Positions 33,021-46,255 of a stretch of DNA of 64,000 nucleotides are shown piece after piece. This DNA comes from Nemertoderma westbladi. Taxonomy: Eukaryota > Animalia > Xenacoelomorpha. The position numbers were made by a program, and so were the translations under genes. The notes beneath the pieces were generated by a model. It did not search any database. It was not told where the DNA came from and worked only from the letters and a program-made list of their open reading frames with translations. The stretch is taken from assembly GCA_032718475.1 (NCBI GenBank), contig JAUCBJ010007129.1:1-64000 (forward strand), given 5' to 3'. How positions within the stretch are numbered: the stretch's first letter is position 1; each line of letters starts with the position of its first letter.

Positions 33021-35053
33021 AGCTGCTATATGAGTTAATCGATATTATAATTAATTATAATTAGGCTAGCGGTCATCGCTGCCTACCCCTCAATGCCCCC
33101 GGACAGCGCAAGCTCCTCAGCGATAATGTACTGTTGCCGCTGTGTCTTTCGCCAACGTAGTAGCTACACAACGATAACAATAACCAGCGCGAGTCACTCC
33201 ACTGTCCGTCCCAAGGGCTCAGAATTACTTCAGGTTCTTGCTACAGAAGTAGGGCTACTTTCACAACTGCGACTCGCTACTGCAAACACACTTTAGTAGT
33301 AACATTCACCTATAAACGCACAAATTCCACACAACTGTCACAAATTGTACACATTCGGGCCATTTGTCAGTTAGTCAAGTGCCTTCCAGAATGCCACGTT
33401 ATTATTATGTATCCCTGGATACTAGCAGTGTGCTATTTATTCCGTATGCTATTCAATGGGGCAAGCTTTTTATTGTTCTTTTAACTCACTTCTAATTCTA
33501 GCGTGGTTGTTGCCATGGTGACATTATGGAAAGCTAGCAGTAGAATTAGGGTAATTCTCATGCATACAGATCTGGGATGCTATTTAATAGTAATTCTTTA
33601 ATTGTCAATATTCCCCTTTATACATGATTTTATGAATTTTATCGGCCATTGACTATATATTGGAGATTCTCTCACGCTAATATACTTAATAGGGTGAATC
33701 TCCGCTCCCATGATCTATTAATTGATGGAATTTTGGGAATGTTATAAATTGTATAAAATGACAATTTATCAAATTCATGAGAGGATGTGAATTTAAATTT
33801 ATTCCCATAAAATTTTATTATTTAATATTAAAATAGACAATTTTATTCCAGAACATGTCTGGGGACTGAGATCCTTGATTCTAGGAAATTTGTCCTTTTA
33901 AGAGTATCGGTAAGTGCTACGATATCTTAATCGACTAGAATTTTTAAAGGATCTTTTTTTTAACAGATTTTGATTTATAGATTTTCTTGGTTTACAAACT
34001 CCTTAGAGTTTATTTGTATGCATTTACTCTATTATAACATTTGTTTTAATAGATTTTTATAAATATTAACTATTTAATATTTAAGATGGGCACCGATTTA
34101 TTCCAGAACATGTCTGGGGACGTTAACCACTGATTCTAGAATTTTGTCTTTCAAGTATATCGGTGGGTGCCGCGATATCTTAATCGACTAGAATTACAGA
34201 TGGTCAAAGGGTTTAACAGATTTATTTTGCGTTTTACGCTACTGTTAAAGGGACATCACGCTACTATATGTATTATTTAATATACGGTATGAGAGCAATA
34301 TTGCAAGAAGCAAAGTCAGTGAGAAGAGGCAAGTCGTATCCAAGGTCTACCCAGAGCTTGGTTTAGCCGAGACATGAGGATCTGAACTTTGCCTTCCTAA
34401 TACTCTACTTACCAATAATACTTGAGTATAGTAGGAGCTTTATTGTACTTTAATAAGTACGGACATTTCATCTTACTGTAGTCATGTATTTATAATATGA
34501 TATGGACAGTAAGGAAAGAGAAAAAGAATTATTTCTCGCCGTTGCACTAAATATATAATATAGGTAATTAAGTAATAAACACGAATATATATTGCACTAA
34601 TCTACTAAACAATCGCTAAAATAACATCCTACTAAATAAAATTAAAGAAAACGATTATAATAATAAAATTACGTAATAATACATACATAAATATAAAAAT
34701 AATAAAAATATATAAAATAATGTAGTCACACACCCACTCCAGACGCTGTTACGTTGGGGAGTCCCTAGATGTTTGTTGGATTAGGGAGGTGGTCGTGGGA
34801 AGAGTATCTTGCCTCCCACAGTCTACGGACAGTTCTCGGTCTCTTTCCAGTAAACATAAACGACTGGGTGATTGAGTTGTTGTGTTTCGAATACAATTCC
34901 AGATTTCTTCTTCGTCCTGGAATAGTGACGATAGAAACACCAAGTTTGGTTATCGGTGAGGAGATCAGTTGTATTTTCCTCATCGTATTGGTTAATATCG
35001 TCATTATCTGAGGAGTATGGTGTTCCCTCAGTTGTGGTCTCTCCCTCACTGAT

Positions 35054-38000
35054 TTATTCTTCCCATTCACTCACCTGATGTACTTGTTCGTTAGGTAATC
35101 TTTCCATGAGTGTTCTACAGGAAGGTCCAGTGAAGTACCAACCTACTCTCGTTCTTCCCGCATATGTTTGTAATGGTTGCGGTCGAGCAGGCCGTTTTTC
35201 TAATGTTTCAAGTGCCTCATGCGCATTTTGGCCGAACAATATCTGCACCCCTGGGTAGTCGGTATTGAATCTAGGGATATCATGCTGCTGGGTAAAATGG
35301 TCTTCATCCCAGTTGTAAGGTTCTACTTGGCTGGTAGCAAAGTTCTTTATCGCCACCATTTTTACTGACCTTATGCTATGTTCTCCTAGTTCATCCTGGG
35401 GAGTGGACAACGCGCCTACATAGTAGTCTGTAGCTACTGTGGATTTCCAAACCTGCATAATTCCTGAAAGGTTCAACTTAGTTCGGAACTTGGGTTGTCC
35501 AGCAAAGATGTCTTCGGCTAGTTCTTTGTCGATGAATGTTCTTGTGCTGCCGGAGTCAAGGAGGGCGTTTACTATAAAACTCTTACCTTTCCCATGGACT
35601 CTCAGCTGCACTACTGGGAATTCCCGGATTCCGACGTTGGAAGTTGGCGCTTTCCAAGATGGTTGTTGGTCCGGAATCGTCAGTTTTGCTTCGTTATCGG
35701 TTTCAGTCTCATACGTAAGCGCTCGATACACTGCGGTGTTTATCATATAACAGGATTCGTTTTCATCGGAGAATTCGTCCATGTAAAATCCTTCCATCTC
35801 AGAGCTGTGGTCAGTGTCGTTCTCATCACTGAATTGGACATGTAGTTCGGGCTTACTTACCTGACTCGTGCGGGTTCTGTCAAATTCTGTGTGCAGTAAG
35901 ACATGATGTTTCGCGCCGCACTTAGCGCACCTAGCATCTGAGTAACAGGTCTGCCGTTGGTGTCCTCGTCTGAGGCAATTATAACACAACCGCTTATCCG
36001 ACATGACATCACGTCTATCTTTAAGAGATTTCTTTAAGAATTCATCACAACCACTCAAGCGATGGGGCCCGTCGCACAATACACATTTGGGCTTGATGTT
36101 ACTTACTTTAACCTGTGCTGTGTGGTGCACACTTGTTCTTTCCTCGGGCTTTCTTCCATGAATTCTCTTAGGAGACGTGGGAGGAGTTGTTGTTACCTGT
36201 TCTCTCCTGTCACTGATTCGAAACTTATATTTACTTACGTTTTTTTGTGTTTTGTTGACATAGTAAGATCTTTCGGTGTCTTTCCCGCTGTTCTCCTCGT
36301 GGGAGGTTTGGCTTTCGCCGTCGTCTGTATAACACACTGGTGTTACCTTTCTCCTAGAAACGGGTTTTTCACTTACCTCACTTTCAGGAGTCTTCTCTCT
36401 AGACTGTTTTAGGAGTTGTAATCTTACCTCTCGGTTTAAGAATGACAGAAGGTCCATCATGGTTGGATCTCTATGTTGTTGGTCCATCAAATAGAGAACC
36501 TTTTTGTCCCAGCGAGTACCTACTCCACCCTTTGGCAAAGCTGATGCTAGGGCTCCTACAACCATAGAATTCTGGTATTCATGAGACTTACCCAACCAGT
36601 CTAATTGTCTACAGATCTCCTGAATCTCATCGGAAAACTCTATAATCCCTCTGCTAATACCTAGCTATGTTAGTCCTATTACCATACCTGATGTTTAGTG
36701 TATCCCAAACTTGTCTTAATCCATCTGGATGTCCAATAAACTTTAACGCCATTAACTTGGGAGGTCCTTCTAAGCACTCGATGAGGAGTCTAAGTTTCTC
36801 TCCGTTAGATAGTACAGAGTTCTGTATGTTATCTTTATAATATTCATTAAAAGGTAACCATTTCATCTCATCTCCATTGAACTTGACGATCTCTCCCACC
36901 TTTACCGCTTGACGGGCTTTGGTTCTAGCCATTTGACGCGTAAAACTTTCTTGGGCCATCGTATTATTTAATATCGAGTTATCGGTATATAAATTTATCG
37001 GATTAGGATCAGGTCTATCTGGAATATCATTATCAACAGGTTTATAATTATCCTTAATAGGGTTTACTATAGGAGTTTCTACTTCACTAGCAGTATAGAT
37101 GCGTGGAGGCTCCACACCTTGCGCATGAAATACTTCAGACCTAACAGGTTGACACATTGTTACAGGGGATGGTGGTATACCCCTTTGTATATTTACCAAT
37201 TTATTGCGTTCTAATGCGATACTCTGCTGCACTTCTTGCAACTCTAACCTACCCTCTCTTACTGTTCCCTTTAACTGCTGAACAGTCCCTTCCAACGCCC
37301 GGACTTGCTGGGAGGAACACACACGGTGTTCCCTCAGCTGACCGAGCAGGAGACCCATCTCCCGCCATCCCTCATCCACCCACTCTACCGCCGAAGCGGG
37401 AGCCGCCAACATAGTAGCGGGTAGACGAGGGACGACGGGCGACAAATCGACAAACCGGAACTGATTCAGGAACTGTCCTACTGGGCACAGGTAGTTTAGT
37501 ACTGTGCAAAGGGAATTTAGAGTTAGGTTCTGGAAGTACAGGTGTCTCTATCACAGAGGGGGTGGCTTCGAGAACAGGCCCAATTATTTCAGGCTCATCT
37601 ACTATAGTAGGGAGTCTTTCTACTCTAATAATTTGGTCTGTGTGTTCTGTACTACCTAAGTCTACACTAGCTAGTTGCCTTCTCACAGCTGGGGGCAAAT
37701 TAGGCAATTTCTGACGGTGGGGCGTTCTTCTACATCTGCTGGAACGAGATCTATTTCCTCCGCCTTCAGGATCTGTTGTATCGCCTTCATCAGATGATGT
37801 AAATCCCTGTCTCTTGGGAGTAGATCGACTTATTATCTGCATCTGACTAGCTGTTATCTGGTTATTTAAGTAGTCTTGCTTCTCTTGAAGATTTTCCAAC
37901 TCTAGTTGGGTTGTCTCTTCAGATGCCCTCCGTTCTGCTTTTGCCACTGCCTCTGCCGCCTTTCTTTCAACTTCTGCAGCTGCCGCTGTCGCTTTTCTTT

Positions 38001-39107
38001 CCGCTTCTACCGCCGCCGCTGCCGCTTTTCTTTCCGCTTCTACCGCCGCCGCTGCCTCTTTTCTTTCAGCTTCTGCCGCTGCCGATGCCGCTGCCTTTCT
38101 GTCTTCTATCTGCTTTTTCTTTAGTTGCACTTCTTGGACCCTAGCGATGCGGATTCTTTCATCAAATTTAGCTCACTCCGTGGCTAACATTTCCGCATCT
38201 AACGAGTCTAACACAAATTTGGCTCCCTCACTATTAGGGTGAAATCCAGCTAGCCGTCTCCTTAACTCTTTGTCACCTATAAATCGTTGATAGTCCGACA
38301 GATAGATGTCAATAGCGTCTTTCTTCTGAGGTTTCTCTGATGTCGCTTCGCTTTCCACCTGAGAAAAGGTAGCATCTGTTGACTCTCCGTGGGTCGCGCG
38401 CTCAGTTAGGGGGTTGTTGAAACAGTTGTTCCTCTAATCGCTCCAAAGAGCTGAAGAATCCCTGTACATATCCTGCTGCCGACCTCTTCCACACAGCTGG
38501 ATCTCTAGTGTCCTTTACCACTCCCATCCTGTATAAGTCCTCCCAGGCAACTTCCGATAAGTTAAATGGGAGTCCGGGTCCGGGGAAGTTCCATTGCGTC
38601 TCGACAATAGACCTTAATTCCTCCATCGTATATCCCACATAACTGTCCTTGGTCGATCGCTTACTTCTCGCCCAATCGATTTGATGTTCTTCCACCGCAA
38701 TCAATACTCTAGTGAGTACAGCTCCCAGAAGAATTAGAAGTGGATCTGGATAAACCGCTTCTGCCATCTTTGCTCCGATCTCGGGTGTCAACTCTACAGT
38801 GTCTGAACTACTGGAGTTATCGGGCCGTTGAGAAATAAGTTCCCGGTTCGGGTGCTGCTGCTGCTGCCTCTTGGTCCCGCTTGACTTGAGCCCTAGTGCC
38901 TATGATAGACCAATGGTGCTCTACTAGCCTAGGGTCTGACACTACTACTGTAGGGATGACCTTTCTTACAGTAGGAGGGGACTTGGACTTTGGTCTCAGA
39001 CGTTCTATACTCTTAGCTGAGTCCCAGATCTTTTTAAGACCCTGTCTAACACTCATTCTAACACTTTCTAAGAGACTATCTGACAGTGTTTGTTTTGTGT
39101 CAGACAT
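35054..39107 (-). pseudogene. gag: gag-protease of B1 (frameshifted)
   Basis: KFNGDEMKWLPF..EKLRLLIECLEG, CVLC/CYNC/CAKC knuckles, ALLDSGS. Confidence 0.9.
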
Positions 39108-39254
39108 GTTTGATTGTACAGTTGAATGCCTACTACTATAACGACAGTTAAAGCAAGTCTAGTAATTCAGTATCAACTGCAAGCCTAGTAATTAATTACC
39201 GATACTGTTACTCAGTGTAACGTGATATATATACAGATATATAATATGTTAGAA

Positions 39255-39630
39255 TACCGGTATACACTTATAGTATATATAAGAATTATTACAGACTAGA
39301 ATTAGTCACAGAATACCGGTATATAATTTCAGCATAAATTTATATAAATATATATAATAAGCCTACCGTAAATACCAGTATACAGCATACACTTATAGTA
39401 TATATAAGAATTATTACAGACTAGAATTAGTCACAGAATACCGGTATATAATTTCAGCATAAATTTATATAAATATATATAATAAGCCTACCGTAAATAC
39501 CGGTATACAGCATACACTTATAGTATATATAAGTATTTATACAGACTAGGATTAGTCACAGAATACCGGTATATAATTTCAGCATAAATTTATAGAAATA
39601 AATATAATAAGCCTATCGTAAATACCGGTA
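39255..39630. repeat. ~125-bp unit x3 in the B1 leader
   Basis: ATACACTTATAGTATATATAAG...AATACCGGTA is repeated; B2 has one unit. Confidence 0.8.
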
Positions 39631-41208
39631 ATGTCAATTATTTTAGAATAACTGAATTTCTGAATTTTAGGGTTACTTTCCTTTACTTTATTACTGTTAT
39701 TAAGCAGTAGCCCAACTGATATTAAGACCTAATTAATGTATAACAGGCCTACTATTTTATAAATCGGTTTGAGTTGATTTATAATATATATATACCCGTA
39801 TAATGGGTTTTTGTCAATGTTTGAAATAAATGTTATTATTTCTGGTGAGGAGTCACTACACAGAAGCTGAACGCTCTCAGTGGAGTGCTTCCTGTTAGAC
39901 ACTAAAACAAATAATTCTACTTTACTAAGTTACTTATTACTACAAATTACATACAATTACTGTGTTGTGTGAGATTACAATCTCTAAATAAACACCAAAA
40001 ATTACACATACAAATTTTAGGATAATTTTACAGGAAATCTACAAACCAGCCTAACAAGGAGTTAGAATTTCTGGTTCTTACAAACGGACAGGAAACTACG
40101 GTATTTGATAATAATTAAGCAGTAGTAAATATATTGCTTTGTCCAGATAAGAAAATACAACCGTCTGATGACTTATAGTCTTTAGCTCTACAGCTCTATA
40201 AGTACTACGTTATGTACCCGGAGTGTCCTTACCTAGAAGTTAATTACCGCAGCCAACCAGAGCTAACGTGCCTATTAACCACTTTACAACACAAATATAC
40301 TGCCTATACACTAATTACCTTCGGAAAGTACTGTACACTAAACCCTAAATTAGGTACAAGTACTTATACAACAAATAACCAGCAGTTAAATATACTTATA
40401 CAGCTAAAAGAACCACGGTATCTGCTGGAATAACTAGAGCATAAAATCACCAGTCTTTACCTACGCCAAGCAGCCCTGATGTAGTACCGGGGTTAATTTA
40501 ACTATAACGGTATGTATAACAAGCACAATTACTGTAGCAATAAACTTGGGGAGTTATGTAGGTTGCGAATACTCGCATAGACTCGTGAATAATAAATATT
40601 ACGCTACCCGTGCAGACTACACAAACAAAATACAGACCAAACGCTGGCAGACTACTATCAAGCCTTAATAAACTACAGTATATGCAGACTCCGAAATGGT
40701 TAGTTAGTAGGCGTTCTAACCGAGTAGTACGACTTATTCTTTTGGGAGGGATTTACCTTACAGCACTGGATGCCCCCACCTTCCTAACTAGTACTTTATC
40801 AGACATACACTCTATACACACTGCAATCTCTTCAGACCCAACAACAGTCAGACAACAATCCAGCCTACAAATTATTTATACAATCTGAGCAGGCTTACAC
40901 GCCTTCTGCTCAATATTACTTACAGATAAATAAAACTGACAGAAATAAGTAAAATCCCAATAAAAAACCAGGGCTGCAGTCCCTGATTAAATATCAAGAC
41001 CTACCGGTATATAATTATCAAAATCGAATAATACCTGTTCGTACCTGTAAGTACCGGTTCAGGTAGTTGGGCAGTTAGGCCTACAGCTTACCGTTCGACC
41101 GGTACCTTCGACTTTATTGCCTACGTTTAAAACTTTAGCGAACTTTATAGCGAGTTTAAAACTATTAATGTTCTTACAAGAACATTAGACAATTTGTAAA
41201 ACTATTAA

Positions 41209-42441
41209 TGTTCGCGCTTTTAGACCTTTAGCAGTTTAACCTGCCAATTTTAATTGTCTTTTTTGTATATCAATTATTTAATGTACTGAAGTTACATCAG
41301 CTGAAGCCAGCCTGTGCGCGACCATTCACCCACAGTTAAGGGAGACTGGATTCGGATGCTTTGATAGTGATTGCAGTGTAGACCTACTGTATTATTCAAT
41401 TGATCGTTAATATATAATCTCTGACAATATATTTACTTTCGGGGAAATATTAACAGTTCCTTTAGGACGTGGCACTTTAAGTATAAAACAGAGTTATGAC
41501 TTATACTAATCACAACTGGATGGCTACTGAGTTTCGTAAAAAGTGCATTCTTTAGGAGATGCTTTATTAACCTTCACACTACTTCACACGACTTCACACT
41601 AGTTCACACTACTGCGCACTGATCTGCCGACCGTCACTGAATTTGATCATATATAAGGAGGATCGCAACTGACACATGTAGGGATTATGAAATAACATTT
41701 AATTCACACAAAAACCACTATAATGTAAGTCGCAGTTGCTACCGGTAAACCTGTTCCTCTAACCTTTAGTAATCAAGAAGATTGGGGGTTTTATGATTAT
41801 TCATCGGTATTCTCCAAATATATCAGCAATATACACCAACATAACACCAATTAATAACAGAATCAAATAATGCGGTGAACAGTCAGTATGTGTTACTTAT
41901 GCAGTGTTCCATGTGCGGCAATGTTGACTTGCGGTGTGATGCGGTGTGTTGCGTAGTTGAATTGTGTTGCTTTTCAGTGATTCAGATATGAAGTATGATT
42001 CAGTTAATAGTTTTACTTTCTTGTAATAAAAGCCATCTGATGTTTCTGATGTTTAGGTCAAAGTCTGAAACTTCCAACACAGAAGTACAGAAGAATTTCC
42101 AAGCAGTTCTCTCGCTCAGAAAGGTAAACTAAGACCGTAATGCATTGCGCGGTTTTCCGTAGGCCTCTGTACAAGATAAAATGAAAATCGCTCTGATTAG
42201 CTGAGCTGAGCGAGCTGAACAAAGAGATGTTCCACGTTTACAGTAAATCAGCTGACAGATTTCGTCATCTGAGTTCCAGTCTTTTAGAGTATTAAGCGCA
42301 TTGCGGCAGAAAATGGCTTGTTATGTCCGCTAAAACACCCACACGGTACATTGCGGAGAAAATGGCTTGTTATGTCCGCTAAAACACCTACACGGTATAT
42401 TGCGGAGAAAATGACTGGTTATATCCGCAAAAGCTTTTACA
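41209..42441 (-). repeat. 5' LTR of B1
   Basis: Highly similar to 30113-31386. Confidence 0.95.
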
Positions 42442-42838
42442 AGGGGAAGTAACAGCAGCGGGCGAAGCACTCCCACAGAGGTTGGAGCCGAGAATTAGTA
42501 TATTAGCCAATGAGGGCGAAGAAAGCATCCGCTAGATAGAGAGGCCAAGGTAGTGTAGGAATAACCAATATATATTATATTGGTCAGTTCAGTCATCTCA
42601 GTCATCTAGTGCAGATCGGTGACAATTTCGTACCGTCACCGCCATCATATATATTATATTTACCGGTCAGCATACTATACTGCATATATTACCTGTCAAC
42701 TGTGCTATCACATTTTATATACTATATGAATTAACCGATAACAACTAATATCTTTCACAACGACACGGTGATGCGTGACCTAATACACCGGGATCCCCTT
42801 ATCCCGTCACAGTACGAAATTCCCAACACTGCTAAACT

Positions 42839-44053
42839 GTGACTGCCAGCCACCGAGAAAGAAAGCTAAAGATGAGCACAGAGGCCCGAGACCTAGAGGG
42901 AGAGAGGACACCGCCGCGGACCCCGGACGATACCAACAACCTAACGATCCGCGAGGCCGCGACGAGACGGTATCGACCTACGTTGCCGGATTCGCCGACG
43001 AGAGACGATCCGGCAGTCCAAGCAGAGGGCGGCCGTCTACCAGGGGGAAGGGACGAGTCGACGCACGACGGCGGTCAAAGTACTGAAGTCGCCGGCCAGC
43101 CACAGGCCGAGGGCGATGGACGGCCCACCGGAACGGCGACGGTGGGGCCGCCGGTACGACGCCGAACCAGGAGAGGAGGAGGAGATGTCGGCGATGAGGA
43201 CGTCGGAACCAGCGATCGGCTTCGACGGGCCTACAACGCCACAAAGAAACAGCTCAAGGAGGCCAGAGAGGGAGCAAAGGTAGACCAGGGGAAGTTGAGA
43301 CAGCGACTAGGTGAGTCGAATAAACATTTCAGATACCTAGTTCGTTTCGGGCAGGGAGAACTGGCGAGTGAGAGAGCAAGGGGGGTTGCCACCAAACTAT
43401 TCGAACTGTGGCGATCCGGGATTATGGAGCCCCAAATAGTGTACATAGGGCCGTATTTAGTGGATGCTAGGGGAATTAAGTTAGTGGGTTGGGCAGACCC
43501 GCACGAGGGCGAACCCGAGGTTAACTCCGAGGATTCAGTCTCGTCGGTTAGCGAGAACCCCGGAAAGCGGGGGAAAGTTGGTAGGACAGAGAGACGACGG
43601 GATTCCGTCGCGACCGACAAGTCTGCTACATCCTCCGCAAAAGCAAGAAGGGTGTTAGAGATAGATCTGGCGTGTCAATTAGACATTGCGGCGCTAGACC
43701 AGAAAGAATTAGAGAGGCAGTTGAATGAGGGAACTGCGTTGCTAGAGAAAGAGAGAGAGTTAGAGACGGAGACGAGAGTAGAGAACGAGCATAGAGAGCG
43801 GGTTGCGAGAGAGACAGAGATAGCGGAGCAAAGTTTACGAGAGGATAGAGAGAAAGAGAGAGCAGGAAAGCGTATGCGGGATGATATGCATGCCCGGCTA
43901 AGGGGGCTTATGCAGTATCAGGCCAAGCAGAAGCGCCGACTAGAACTGGCGCAGTTGGGATTATCAGAGAGTGAGGCTGGCTCGGGTAGTGTTTACGAGG
44001 AGCCAGAAGTAATGGAAACGTTTGTTAATATCCCACTTACAGGCCCCGGATGA
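42839..44053 (+). CDS. Gag-like N-terminus of element D (coiled coil); probably continues, decayed, to ~46255
   Basis: Follows the putative LTR and has an E/R-rich coiled coil like BEL Gag N-termini. The Asn-rich continuation is split by the Penelope insertion. No diagnostic domain was seen. Confidence 0.45.
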   Translation: MTASHRERKLKMSTEARDLEGERTPPRTPDDTNNLTIREAATRRYRPTLPDSPTRDDPAVQAEGGRLPGGRDESTHDGGQSTEVAGQPQAEGDGRPTGTATVGPPVRRRTRRGGGDVGDEDVGTSDRLRRAYNATKKQLKEAREGAKVDQGKLRQRLGESNKHFRYLVRFGQGELASERARGVATKLFELWRSGIMEPQIVYIGPYLVDARGIKLVGWADPHEGEPEVNSEDSVSSVSENPGKRGKVGRTERRRDSVATDKSATSSAKARRVLEIDLACQLDIAALDQKELERQLNEGTALLEKERELETETRVENEHRERVARETEIAEQSLREDREKERAGKRMRDDMHARLRGLMQYQAKQKRRLELAQLGLSESEAGSGSVYEEPEVMETFVNIPLTGPG

Positions 44054-44318
44054 CAGAACCAGAACTGGTGTAACCGTAAGGGCGGGGGGGGGGGGGGGGA
44101 TAATAATACATTAGAAGGTATTAATATTAATGGTAACGTAGTAGACAGCCCTAATCAAACTTTTATTGCAGGAAATAATATTTTATCCGGTAATTCTAAT
44201 TTAAATTCAAATATTCAAAATAATCTAAATAATAATTCTAATTCAAATATTCAAAAAATAATTCGAATAATAATTTAAATTTAAATAATTAATAATTGAA
44301 TGCTTGAGTTAATACAAT

Positions 44319-45366
44319 TATTTTATTCTTTAATTGTCAAGCTGAAGTAAAAAACCTTACCGGTAGGTATGCCAGTACAGTACGATACAAATACTAAAAT
44401 AAAATGCAATTGACCATTAGACGTTGCATGCAATCAGTGATCAGCTGACGGCTGTCAGCTGATCAGTAGGTTTCGATCCAATGGGGGCTTTCTCAAGTAG
44501 CTAGTGCTAGAAAGGAGACAATAGATAGTAGTTCCCAAGGGAGACGGGACAGTAATGTGAAACAAGGTAGAAGTGTATCCGTCTAACCACTGGGAAGCAG
44601 CACCTCAAACTTGCGCCAATCACGTTTCTGCTTGTTAATAGCTGGCTGGCGAGTGCGTATATAAAACATTTCTAGTTTTTAGAGCCAATCACTGCGCCAA
44701 TTGGCCAATTGGCCAACTGCGCCAATCACTGCCATCATTGAAACATCCAGTTCCAGATATTCTGGCTTCTAACGTCGTGTATTCATTTGCTTGTCCCTCT
44801 TGTAAGGGGGAATATGTTGGACATACCATCCAACACTTATTTGAACGCGTTAGACAGCATCAAGACGGGTCGGCCAATGATGGTACGAACAAGGCAAGAC
44901 AGTTCACAACCATATCATGACGCACCGCGGGGAGCCCAACACACATTGGTTGACCGACTGGCGAGAGTTGTTCAAACACTTCAAGGTTATTGCACGGCAC
45001 CCTTTGCGTCCTGTCCTGCAAAAACTAGAAATGTTTTATATACGCACTCGCCAGCCAGCTATTAACAAGCAGAAACGTGATTGGCGCAATTTTGAGGTGC
45101 TGCTTCCCAGTGGTTAGACGGATACACTTCTACCTTGTTTCACTTTTTGGGAACTTCTATCTATTGTCTCCTTTCTAGCACTAGCTAATTGAGAAAGCCC
45201 CCATTGGGGCGAAACCTACTGATCAGCTGACAGCCGTCAGCTGATCACTGATTGCATGCAACGTCTAATGGTCAGTTGCTTTATATTTTAGTATTTGTAT
45301 CGTACTGTACTGGCATACCTACCGGTAAGGTTTTTTACTTCAGCTTGACAATTAAAGAATAAAATA
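44319..45366 (+). mobile_element. Penelope-like element 3' fragment with an inverted pseudo-LTR
   Basis: GIY-YIG remnant NVVYSFACPSCKGEYVGHTIQHLFERVRQH ... LEMFYIRTRQPAIN. Inverted arms at 44319-44680 and 45021-45366. Confidence 0.85.
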
Positions 45367-45689
45367 TATTAAATTTAAATATACAGAATAATTCAAATAA
45401 TTTGAATAATTTAGAAAATAATAATATTGATAATGGGGCTATTAATATTAATATAGGAGACACAGGTGGTCCAGCCAACGGGAGCCTGCAAGGCCACATA
45501 GTTAGTACGCAGGGAGTAGCAGGGGTGAGTGACCCCGATGGGAGCCTGCAATGCCACGTAGTTAGGCAGGGAGTAGCGGGGGTGAGTCAACCCGACGGGA
45601 GCCTGCCAGGCCACGCAGTTGCACAGGGATAGGCGGGGGCGAACAGACCCAGCCGCAGTAGAGACAGTGCGTCGACCAGAGAGGGGTGT

Positions 45690-46080
45690 AGAAGCGAAGT
45701 GAGAGGTAGCGAAGTAAGATGTGGCGAGAGGGGGGGGGGGGGGGGGGCTACGGGCGCCCCACCACGGAAGATTAGTGGCGAGAGAAGGGGGGCAGAGAAT
45801 GCCCCACAAGGGGGGCATAGAAGCGAAGTAAGAGGTAGTGAAGTAAGAAGTGGCGAGTGGGGGGGGGGGGGGGGGGGTTTAAGGGCGCCCCACCACTGGA
45901 GATTAATGGCAAGAGGGGGGCAGAGAATGTCCCACAAGAGGGGCGTAGAAGCGAAGTAAGAGATAGTGAAGTAAGAAGTAGTAGGTGGGGGGGGGGGGGG
46001 GGGGGCTATGGGCGCCCCACCACGAGAGATTAGTGGCGAGAGGGGGGGGGGGGGGGGGAGGAGCAGAGAATGTCCCACAG
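45690..46080 (+). repeat. ~130-bp tandem repeats with long poly-G runs
   Basis: TAGAAGCGAAGT.AGAG.TAG.GAAGTAAGA and GGGCGCCCC recur three times. Confidence 0.8.
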
Positions 46081-46255
46081 GCGTTGGCGGATAATGCGCG
46101 GGGCGAGATAGGTGAACCGTGGCACCTGACGACGGAGAATAGTAGGGGGATGACGAGTATCCCCAGGAGCGTCCAGGCGGACAGAGAGAGAGAGATGTTA
46201 GCGCCGAGAGCAGGCGAGCGACGAGACGTCGAGCCCAGTCAGAAGAGAGAAGAAG

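Larger units (their letters stand above)
30113..42441 (-). mobile_element. BEL/Pao family B copy B1, non-autonomous deletion derivative
   Basis: TG...CA LTRs at both ends and a 5-bp TSD AGGGG (30108-30112, 42442-42446). RT, RH, most of IN and the exonuclease are deleted relative to B2. Confidence 0.95.
29939..46255 (+). mobile_element. Older LTR-like element D, split by B1, a Penelope fragment and B2
   Basis: Removing B1 joins 29939-30112 to 42447-42759 into a ~490-bp TGTGA...TCACA unit, followed by a gag-like ORF. No second LTR lies in the window. Confidence 0.45.
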
